DNA of 64,000 nucleotides, from assembly GCF_030684315.1 (NCBI RefSeq), contig NC_081371.1, positions 17,851,440-17,915,439 on the forward strand, in the 5' to 3' direction. The translations under genes were made by a program, and so were the position numbers. Under the pieces are notes generated by a model, which searched no databases, was not told the DNA's origin, and worked only from the letters and a program-made list of their open reading frames with translations. Source of the DNA: Stegostoma tigrinum. Taxonomy: Eukaryota. Below are positions 40,521 through 51,450 of the stretch, one piece after another (the first letter of the stretch is position 1; each line of letters begins with the position of its first letter).

Positions 40521-40524
40521 GCAG

Positions 40525-40850
40525 TGACCAAAGGCCCCATTCCCACGACATACAGGACTACTGTAGTGTACAAAATACTGTGCAAGGACTGCCAAAAACA
40601 TTACATTGGACAGGCAGGAAGGGAAGTAGCCATCAAGACACATGAACACCAGCCAGCATCAAAACAACACGACAAACTTTCCCTCATTTCAGTACACTCA
40701 GACAACGAAGGCCACCAACTTAACTGGGACGACATGACCATCTTAGCTCAAGCTTAGACACACACGGCAATTTCGAGGGACCCGATTCTCTAACTGTAAT
40801 GCTATCAATAAACATATGGAATTAGACCCCATATACAAACCCTTGCTGTT
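40525..40850 (+). mobile_element. GIY-YIG endonuclease fragment of a different PLE clade (Poseidon-like)
   Basis: VVYKILCKDCQKHYIGQAGR...HEHQ...SVHSDNEGHQLNWD. Confidence 0.8.
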
Positions 40851-43800
40851 GCAGTTACAACAGTTCTACTACCAAACTCTTGACATTGCCAGAATGATTA
40901 CAGCATTGATTGACCAGCTGCCAGAAAATGGGACTTCCTTGCACTAAAGGGTGAAAGTTCCTCTTCTCCCTTTTAGCACCCACCCCCTTTGCTTTTCATT
41001 TTAAATACACGTAGAGAATGTTTTCTCTAAGCTGCACGGCCATATGGCCACCGAGTTGTGTGTCAGGTCCACACAGACCAATTGGCACATCTTCTGATTC
41101 CAGAAGTTACTACCACACACAGATCACAGAAATCTGTAGAACAGCAAAAAAAAATTCAGGGAATTGAACCCAATAAAACTCTTGTTATCCACCTTTTACA
41201 TTCCTAGCTAGCTTCCTCTCATGCTAAAATTTCTGTCTTTCTATTAACATTTAATCATGCTCTGCCATTCCTAGTATTTTGTCCATACACCTGACACTCC
41301 ACTCACCTTTGTGTGAATATATGCTTTCCTTAATATTAAGTTAACCATGCACAGTTGGTCCTCCCTTTAGAATTTTTCCCCATACTTGTAATATACTTAT
41401 TCTGAGAAGTTCTCCGGTACCTTGTACCGTTTACTTATTTTTGCTATATGAGGTCACTATACTGCCAGCATAAATGAGTAATGAATTTTTTTTTAGAAAA
41501 GTATAACATGCCATATAAATTTATGTACAAAAACAGTAATATCAAATCACCACAATAATTTTTTCACTTAGCAACTGATATTTGCATAAAAATCATATGC
41601 AACATATTCTTAAAAAGGATCGTGTGTCAGCAAAACAATCCATGCAGAAGCCTTGAATTCACACCTACTGCCCTCTTTTAAACTTTTAATGACAAAAAGG
41701 TTCCTTCCTATTCTGCATTCCTCATCTCCTACAGCCATGGGCAGCAAGAGGTGACCTGTTTGCACAAAGCCAGGAATTTAAGCCAATATACCTCAACAAA
41801 ATGAAATTTCTGCACAATTAAAATGCACATATATTACAAAATGAAAGGCACACAAACAGAAGAAAATTCTTGGCAATTTATGATGACTAGTTATTTTCTT
41901 GCCTAACACAGTATCAATAATAATTTTCCATTCTGCAAATGGTACGTTATTATGTACTGCAAAATGTTGCTAAGCAACAGCTGAGCAATCTTAACTCAGT
42001 TCCTGAATTATTGTTTTCTAGATAATTATAAATTTTCAGAATTATGCTTATTTTGGGCTTTTTAGTATGGGCTAACCTTGAATGAGCAATTTTCTTAAAG
42101 GCAAAAGGTATTTGAATGCAATAAAAATATTCTCAAACATTTTATCTGACCTTGGCAATGATCTAGCTTATAAGCATTTTCATTCTACTGTATTGATTGG
42201 TTCAGGATTTGAAAACTCTGGCAACCATCACACATGTAGGATTTCACTAATTATCACTATCTCAATGATATTTTTAAAAATTTAATAAGCAGCACAAATT
42301 GTAAATCAAACATGATGTATGAATGGAACTATTTCAGTCTTCCTCCATGCCACTGCTGACAGACTTTAATAAAGAATAAGGTCCTCAAAAAAAAATCTGA
42401 AAACTCAAGGTGGATTAGTTATTATCACCATAGAATGCAACCCAAAAGGGCAGTAACAGAGACTCGAGTCTGGAACACCACAGTACTCAAGAGGATTGAA
42501 GAAAATAAACTAGGTTTATTAATTGCAATACATTTTTTAATCAAGTTTGAGCCAAAAACAGCCCATGTGGATTTTTTGGGCAAGTCACGTTTACTAAGTT
42601 TAATAAGTGTTGTTTAAAGCAAGTCTGTTTGGATAGATAGAGATAATGGGATAAAGACACAATAAAGTAGGGTACTTCAGTTAAGGTTTTTCAGAGAATG
42701 CAGCTACATGATCCAACAGAAAATTGAACATCCTTCACAGAAAATTACAGAGTAAAATTGACATTCTCTCATTAGGGAAAGGTTGAAGGCCCAGGGATTT
42801 TTCTCGTGCTCAACCTTTTTTCACTATGATTTGGACTCCAATTTAGGAAAACATTCACAAAATTTGTAGACAGTATTAAAAATAAAGGATATCTGCCAAA
42901 CAGTAGAAAACAAACATTTCAGTAAGACAGATTGTAAGAGATCATATTATTTTTCTTTTTTGGGCCTATATGGCTGAAATACCAGCACAGTTTTACAACT
43001 TGGAAAAGTCAGATGCTGCATGTTTAGCTGTTCAAAGCAATGTTGTTTTTCAAAGCAATGGAGGAGAAACCTTTACAGACATTCAGAGTGGCACTGACAA
43101 TCTTTGAGTTAATGAAATTCAGCCTGACTATAACCCTCTGGTTGTAATGAATTACAGCCGAACCAAAGAAGCAGAGATATCCTCAGCTCGCAAACTGAAC
43201 ACCCCTCTCAATCCAATTTAATTTTGCTCAGTGATTACGAGAATAAAGTTTTTAAAAGGAGGAGGGTACACTCAAGGGAAGCAAACGAGAGCAGATAAAA
43301 CCCTGAAAAAAATATCTTTCACAATCTCGGAACAGTCCAAGTGCTTTAGAGACAAAGTATTATAAAGTATTCGCACTGTTGTAGTGTAGAAAAACAGCAA
43401 TCAATTTGTGCACAGCAAGCTCCCACAACTAGTAACAGAAAAAATGGCACTCTCTGTTTTTGCAATTCATTATCTTGTCCAGCATCACTTATCTTTCTTT
43501 ATTCCATACGACTGTTGACATTCAAATGTAGTTGCCATGTTTACGAGGTACAAGATTATTTTCTAAGTAGCATTCTATTCAATCCACTCCACACGTGGTG
43601 CGTGTTCTTCCACTGCTCATTATTGTACAATTGAATGCACCTGTGACCAGAACATTCATCACTTGTGGAGGCTTCTTGTGGCCAATGTAATTTCTTTACT
43701 CATATTGCCTTATGACTTTTCTGTGCTGTGTCATTTCAAAAAACCTTACCTGTCCCATTTTTGACAAGTCATTACATCAATGAAACAAATTATAGGGAAA

Positions 43801-44917
43801 AAAAACAGGAGAAACTTAGCAGGTCTTGTACAATCTCTGGAGAGAGAAACAGAGATAATGTCAAGTCCAAGATGGCTTCTTTATCTGGTCACCAACATTC
43901 TCATGTCCCCAGTAATAACAGGATCAATCATACTCTACCTAATCTGACTGAAAGAAAAGGCTGCAACATAACAGAATCTGAAAGGAACAATGCAACAGTC
44001 AAATCAGAGGTGGAGTAAAAAGCCTCTTAGTTCATTATTTTTAAATAGAAGTCAGCATTGATCTAGAAAATGTTTAAAAACATTACAGAAACATGCCTTC
44101 TGAAATCCTAGAAGTGTTCTCCCGTTCGTTAAGTTTTTGAAAACCTTTTCATTTTATTTATGCTCAAACAAATTATCAATTTGTTTATTGAGACATTCCT
44201 AATTAGGTGATTTTATCATCTCATTAATATTTAAATCCTTCAAGTCTCCAGCATTCAGAAGAAGAATGATGCCTACAACTGCCATATTTTGTAGATATTC
44301 ACAAGCACTGTAACATGATGACTACTGGAACACAAAGATAAAATATAATAGTTTTTATTCTTCCATTCTGTTCAATCCCACGTTGTTGCTATTGTTTACT
44401 AAGTCTTCCAAATACAACCACTATCAGATAGAAATTAAGAAAATAGTCACAGCCTGAGCCACGTTCCTTCAATTTTTTGACCACCATTAGAATGCAAATT
44501 CGCTGACACCTTTAAACTCCTCTCCCTACAGAAACATTTTGGCTCTTGTTTGACGCCCTCAGATTTGAGTTACAAGAAAGTATTTTGGCTGAAAACTTGG
44601 GATCAATCACAATATAACATTTATAAATTAAACCCTTTAAAATGTACCGCATCCATATAATAAATATTTGAAAACAGAATTTCCTCTAAGGGATTGCATT
44701 ATATTATATCTAAGGGGCCAACAATTACTTTTGGCACTTAATGTACTCATCCATCATAATAAAGCAATTAGATCAAGATCTCATTTCTAAACAGATTACC
44801 ACTTACTATTTGTTTACTGCAGTGTTTAGTGTAACAGAATGAATACTTCAATGGCTAGAATCCCATATCTACTGAAACTTTTTCCAGCACAACAATAAAT
44901 CAATACTTTAACTGAGG

Positions 44918-44947
44918 ACACACACACAACACACGGACACACACACA
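44918..44947 (+). repeat. Imperfect (CA)n microsatellite
   Basis: acacacacacaacacacggacacacacaca. Confidence 0.85.
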
Positions 44948-47149
44948 TGCTCCCTTTTTAGTTAAACCAACTCATGCAAGAACTTGTTACAAAATTACTT
45001 CCTAGTTCCAGTCAAGGCTCAAGGCAATGATGCACAAAAATTCTCACGCAGCAGAAATGTGGAGAATTCAATCAGGCTTTAGAAGTTTTTTTTGGCACTA
45101 CACAATTCATTGCAAAGAAATACTAAGAAATCAATTTCGATGTTTTGGAGTCACAGACAGTTTCATAAAACAATTCACTTCTAGCATTTTAGGAAGGAAA
45201 AAATAATTTGAAATGGACTCTTCCAAACTGGTGAAAAAATGGCGATTTCAAAACAAAACCAAGTAATACCCGATTCCCTCACAGGTCTTTGGGGCATGAG
45301 GCAGGCATTTCACTGCCTCACTTAGCTCGTACAGGCCAACTATCAAAACAGTACAAATTTCTAAAAGAACAATAAATCTTCATCAGATTTCATTCCAACC
45401 TTGAGATGGAAGTAGTTCCAATGAGATAAAATATATATTCCAACGGCCTGATTTGGAAAATTTCATCTAAGTTCTATTTCACAAAACAGCTCAGCAATAA
45501 GACAGTTTTGGGACTAAAAGAAGAACTCAGTGGAAGGCACGTTTTACAATCGACTGTGTAAAACGATTGGTTGCAAAGCACATGTTCAATATTATAGGTC
45601 ACAAATGACAAATCTTGAATTATTTGTTATACGATCTAAACTATAATTAAGACAAATCAAAAGGAAATCAAGTCAACCTACCAGTGTGAACAATATAAAT
45701 TTTCTTTAAAATCTTTAAAATGCAGCTTACAAATAAATAACTGAATTTCTGATCAGTTCAATTATTCTAAACAATTCACAATACCCAAACACACTCCCAG
45801 CAAAAGTACAAAAACTCCTTCTATTTTCCTTAAAAAAAATCCCTTCCAAAGGGATCCCAAAGCAAAATGCACAACATTGATAAATATAAGCCATAGCGTA
45901 GCTGAATGGGCTTAAAACAAATAAATCTTGACATTTGTTCCATATGGTGCAGTACCGCCAAGTTGATGCTGCTTGCAGCTATCTCTACCAGAAAATCTAC
46001 TGCAATGACGTTTACACAAACATGATCCTCACTTATCCACTTTAGTTCATCTGCAACTGTTTCTATGACACTCAACATTCAACTATGCCTATGTCAACTC
46101 TATTTCTGCTGCTCTCTATTTTGGCCTCTAGAAAAGATCAATTGTAGCTTTTCAGCTCTTATCAAATGACTGAACTGGCACACTCTTTTCTGGGTGTCAA
46201 TTTTGAAAGTTTTTCTTTCCTCTTTCAATTTCAAGTACTTTTTCGTTTACCTTATGAGTTGTATGTGGAATTATAATCCTGCATTTTAGCAACCACATCT
46301 CAAAGGCTTTTATCTTCCTTTCACAGTTCCAGGTTTCTGAAGCAAAACAAGAAAGCGAATAAAACTTACCAACTTATGAGTTTTTTCCCATTATGAGCTT
46401 GGGTTTTCTTGGTGTCAACAGTCCTTCATCTTGAAATTGCTTCTAGTTCATGCTTCTTTTCTGCACCCATCATTTCATCATTTCTCCTCAATAGACGTGC
46501 TTTTCCAACATGACATCATCTGCATCAATACTCACTATATTTTTCTAACATATTCGTTCCAAATACTTTTTTGTTTTCTCTTTCAGGTTTGTTCTCAATC
46601 CACATTCTAAATGCTGTATTTTACCTAATCCATGATATTTTCTAGGGCCTCTTCTAATTCTACATGTAGCACTAGGTCAGCACAACACCATAGCTTGTAG
46701 TGTTCTTGCATCCAATGTTTACCCTTAGAAGTTCAATTAATTCTCTGAATATTTACTCTGTATACAAACTGTATAATTTTAGCAACATTACACAGGCTTG
46801 TCATACTCCTCTCCATACTTGAAGCATATCAGATTTTCCAACCTCTAACCCGACACTCTCCATTCAGAGCAAACGTAGGCTCTCGACAATCTTTACCATC
46901 CATATCACATTTCAAACTTAACAATGAACTTTTGATGATAAATGTAATGATTTTATTTTTCACTGTTATTGTTTGTCCTTTTCTATGCAACACCATCCAC
47001 ATCAATCTTAGCTAGCTTTTTCTAACATATTCCTTTTAGCCATTTTATTTGAGATAATGGGAACTGCAGATGCTGGAGAATCCAAGACAACAAAATGTGA
47101 GGCTGGATGAACACAGCAGGCCAAGCAGCATCTCAGGAGCACAAAAGCT

Positions 47150-47177
47150 GACGTTTCGGGCCTAGACCCTTCATCAG
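47150..47177 (-). ncRNA. Minimal hammerhead motif
   Basis: CUGAUGA-A-GGGUCUAGGCCC-GAAAC-GUC on the minus strand; flanks GAGAGCU/AGCUUUU can form a 7-bp stem I with two G-U pairs. Confidence 0.75.
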
Positions 47178-47183
47178 AGCTCT

Positions 47184-47211
47184 CTGATGAAGGGTCTAGG
47201 CCCGAAACGTC
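47184..47211 (+). ncRNA. Minimal hammerhead motif
   Basis: ctgatgaagggtctaggcccgaaacgtc. Confidence 0.72.
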
Positions 47212-48023
47212 AGCTTTTGTGCTCCTGAGATGCTGCTTGGCCTGCTGTGTTCATCCAGCCTCACATTTTGTTGTCTCAGCCATTTTATTTGGCTCTGTTT
47301 AGTATTTGGTCCACATTCTAAGGTGCTGAATTTTACTTGATCCATGATATTTTGCAGGGCCTCGTCTGATTCTGCAAGTTGTGCTAGATCATCAGCATAT
47401 TACAGTTTGTAGTATTCTTGCATTCAACTTTTACCACTAGAAGTGCATCTAGTTCTCTGAATGTATATTATTATATGTACAAATTCTTGCTCATTTCTAG
47501 ATATTTGTCAAGGGTTGTTCTTAGGTTAGATATTCTGTCTCTTGTTCCCATTCCAGGTCTACTTCCAGACTGGGTTTCACCAATTTCAGCTTGCGTTATT
47601 TCTTTCTGCTATGATTTTCAAATTTGTTTGAATGTGATGACTTGTTCAACCTTATAGTTCTAGTTACTGGACTCCATTACTTTTGTTTCTTATGTAACTT
47701 CATGAATAGATGCCTCAAACAACTTGAAACATATCCTTTGGTATAAACTTGAACATGAATTTCTCCTTTTTATTCATTCATAGGATGTTGGCATTGCTGG
47801 GCCACCAGTCGCCCATTTGGGATTCCCCATATGAAAATTAAAAGTCACATTGCTGTGGGTCTGGAGTCATATGTAGGCCATAGCAGGTAAGGACAATATT
47901 AGTGAAGCAGGTGGGTTTTTCCAACAATCAATGGTTTCATGATCAATAGATTCTTTATTCCTGATTTTTACTTAATTCAAATTCAAGGTTCAAACCAGAG
48001 TCCCCAGAAAATTAGACACAACA

Positions 48024-48418
48024 AGTGCATAGGAGGTTGAGAGGTGACCTTATAGAGGTTTATAAAACAATGAGAGGCATAGATAAGGTGATCAGCAAAG
48101 GTCTATTCCCTAGGATGCGTGAGTTCAAAACTAGGAGGCATATTTTTATGGAGTGAAGGAAAGATTTGAAAGGAGCCTGAGGGGCAGGATTTTCACACAA
48201 AATGGTTCATAGGTGGAATGAACTGCCAGCAGAAGTGGTAGATGCAGATACAGTTACAACATTTCAAAGACATTTGGACAAGTGCAGGAATAAGAAGGGT
48301 TTAGACGCAGATGGGCCAAAAGCAGGTAAATGAGATGAGTTTAGTTTGGGAAACGTGGTCAGCATGGACGAGTTGGATCAAAGGGTCTGTTTCCATGCCG
48401 TATGACTTTATGGCCTCA
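48024..48418 (+). mobile_element. CR1 3' end; near-identical inverted copy of 48703-49089
   Basis: Direct read-through comparison with the reverse complement of 48703-49089. Confidence 0.9.
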
Positions 48419-48702
48419 AGTGAGATTATGGACTGAAATTTTGGAGTCACAAGCTTGAAGGCAGAAATGTTCTCATTGATCTATATCCAACACCTGTACT
48501 AAAACCTCTTTCAAAATTTAATTCCTTGTTTTCAGATTCCTCCACGTGCTTGCCCCCTCTATCATCTTAATTTTTTCCAAAATCTTGACTACTCCAATTT
48601 TGTTCTATTACATATTTACATTTATTGCTCCAACTTTGACAGCTGTGTTTTCAGCTACCAAGGCCTTGAAGGAATAAATAATAAGAATTTAAATGATTTA
48701 AA

Positions 48703-49740
48703 TGAGGCCATAAAGTCATACAGCATGGAAACAGACCCTTTGATCCAATGCTGACCACATTTCCCAAACTAAACTCGTCTCATTTACCTGCTTTTGGTCC
48801 ATCTGCATCTAAACCCTTCTTACTCCTGCACTTGTCCAAATGTCTTTGAAATGTTGTAACTGTACCTGCATCTACCACTTCTGCTGGCAGTTCATTCCAC
48901 CTATGAAAAATCTTGTGTGAAAATCCTGCCCCTCAGGTTCCTTTCAAATCTTTCCTTCACACCATAAAAATATGCCTCCTAGTTTTGAACTCACGCATCC
49001 TAGGGAATAGACCTTTGCTGATCACCTTATCTATGCCTCTCATTGTTTTATAAACCTCTGTAAGGTCACCTCTCAACCTCCTATGCACTAGTGAAAGAAG
49101 TCTCAGCCTATCAAGCCTCTCCTCATAATTAAAACCCTCCGGTCCCATTAACATCCTGGTAAATTTATTCGGAACCCTCTCCAATTTAGAACATAAAATT
49201 AGCTTTATTATCACATGAACTCAAATCAGTACAGCGAAAAGTTTACAAGTCATCACTTACAATGCCATCTTAGGTACAAAAGGCACCTAGGTACAGAATC
49301 TGAAGTACTAATTATTAGGGAAAACAAATTAGAAAAATAAAGTAGGACAAAGTCCAGCATTACAGATCATAGAAATAAATCAGATAACTAAAGAAATAAA
49401 AAGTTCAGAGCATTGAGTATAGCAGTTCAGGCCTCAACAATGATGTCCAATTCCTATACTCAGTGGTCTCAGCAATGAAGGCAAGCATGCCAAACACCTC
49501 CTTAACCACCCTGTCTACCTACGATGTAATTTACAAAGAACAATGTACTGAACCCTTAGACCTCTGTCCTACACACTACCGATGGCCCTACTTTTAATTG
49601 TATAAGTCCTGTCCTTGTTCATTTTACCAAAAAAGCAACACCTTGCATTTATCCAAATTAAACACCATCAGCTACTTCTCAGCCAATTGGCCCAAGAGAT
49701 CATGGTCCCTTTGTTATATCAGATAATCTTCTTCACTGGG
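48703..49740 (-). mobile_element. CR1 3' half interrupted by the unclassified repeat (~49197-49409)
   Basis: LERVPNKFTRML...RRLRGDLTEVYK ORF fragment; RT remnant resumes after 49410. Confidence 0.88.
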
Positions 49741-50729
49741 CTAAGGTAGGCCTTTCTGCTACTCTCTCACTCTTCTCCGTTAAACCACTTAAAACTAGTC
49801 CCTTTGAACAAGTTTTTGTTCGCCTGTCCTAATGTTTTGCTTTATGAATCTTATTGGATAAAACATTTATGAAGTGTCTTCAAGTGTTTTCCTACACGAG
49901 TGGTGTTATAATAAATGCAAATCATTGTAGTAAATGTATTGACAAGCGATTGTTGGAGATCATTTTGTTCATTTATAATCAAAACTCAGGTAATTTCAGT
50001 ATTTGTAAAGTTATTAGTTTTGTATAGCTTACTAGTACAATAAAACTTCATGGGAGTAGCAGACTTCATTAATCCTAAATTAAGCAAAAAATAAATTAGC
50101 ACATAAGAAGAATGGCAAGGAAGGTCATGTGTTCCGATGGCAAGACGCTGATGTCATCAAAGGCAAAAACATCTGCCGTAAGAGTCTGAAGCTGCAGAAA
50201 CTTCAGGTCAAACTTTGAGTTGGAAGCTATGCACAATGGGGAGAAGAAATTACGTGGACACACTTTAGGGATCACAGTGCCACTTAGAAAAAGGTCAGTA
50301 GTCAGAAACAGGGAAGTATGGCTGCAGGTGAGGCAGGTAGGAGAACCCAGAGTGTAGGAGTTTCAGCCTTTGCAATTGACCAAAAGGTGCAAGATTCTTT
50401 CATCATGTTTGAATGAGATTGGGGCTGCAGAGTGTATGAGCCAACAGACCATAGCACCATGGTAGAAGAAGCCATTCAAAAGCGGGAAGCAAAAAGCATT
50501 GTAATGATAACGGGCATCATTGTCATCAGCACTCACTAACTAGCGAGTATGATTATCCACACAAAATTCTGTGTCACTGGTCATTGGGTATGTGGGTCCT
50601 TGTCTGGCTGACGAGTCTAATCCTAGAACCACATCTCCAAGCACACATTTAGGAGGTTTTCCCAGGTGGATTAGGTTCATTATCTTGAGGTTGCTGGCCT
50701 TCCTTTCTCTGTACTTCCTCTTGTTGATT

Positions 50730-51450
50730 GGTGTTCTCAAAAAAAATTTTAATACCACATACAGGAGGTTCCTCCAAATCAGTTTGAGTGAAGGTTTTCC
50801 ACATGTTAACATTTAGGATGCATTTCTTGAGGGAAGCCTTCAGGAATCTTTGAACACCTCCTCTTGTTCTGAGTGGCTTCCTTAAGCTGGCCGAAGATGA
50901 TTTGCTTTGGTAGTTGGAACTCGGGCATCCTAAAGATGTGGCCATGCCAACTGTGTTAGTTTCAAATGATTATGGTTTTGATGCTGATGCTAGTGGTTAC
51001 TTCAAGAATTTTGATGTTAGTATGCCTGTCTTCTCAAACAACTCTAATGCCATTTCTTGAGGTGTCATCTACACAATGTCCAAATTTTGGAGCCATATAC
51101 AGGAGTCAGAAAATGTCTACCTTATATGAAAGGATCTTGGCATTAGTATTGATATCATGGTTGTCGAAGACTCTCAACCATAGGTGCCCAAAGGCAGTGC
51201 GTGCAGATTGATGTGGAGATGCAATAACGCATCCAATGTCAATCTTAGGTGAGAAGTAGCTTCCCAGGTATGGGAAATGTTCCACATTTGGAAGGATTTC
51301 TCCACTGATCTTAATAAAGGAAAAGACAAGAATTTGCCCTGGAGTTTGTCAGTAAAGGATGAGTTTTTGAGGTTGAGGCAGAGTCCAATTCTTTGGTATG
51401 CTTACATGAAGGCATTAAGCAAGGCATTGAGGAGATTAACACTGTTCTCT
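50730..51450 (-). mobile_element. RTE-clade LINE fragment inserted within a decayed + strand CR1 ORF1 region (~50110-52100)
   Basis: HFPYLGS and RGGVQRFLKASLKKCI remnants. Confidence 0.7.

Larger units (their letters stand above)
47052..47277 (-). mobile_element. Perfect palindromic PLE-end insertion with twin hammerhead motifs
   Basis: TSD AGCCATTTTATTTG at 47038-47051 and 47278-47291; 95-bp arms 47085-47179 and 47182-47276 with a 2-nt spacer; tail 47052-47084. Confidence 0.96.
45850..47750 (-). mobile_element. Decayed RTE-like LINE RT remnants with the YADD region repeated
   Basis: Minus strand near 47340-47400 gives YADDLAQLAESDEALQNIMD; a diverged similar block lies at ~46540-46760. Confidence 0.6.
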
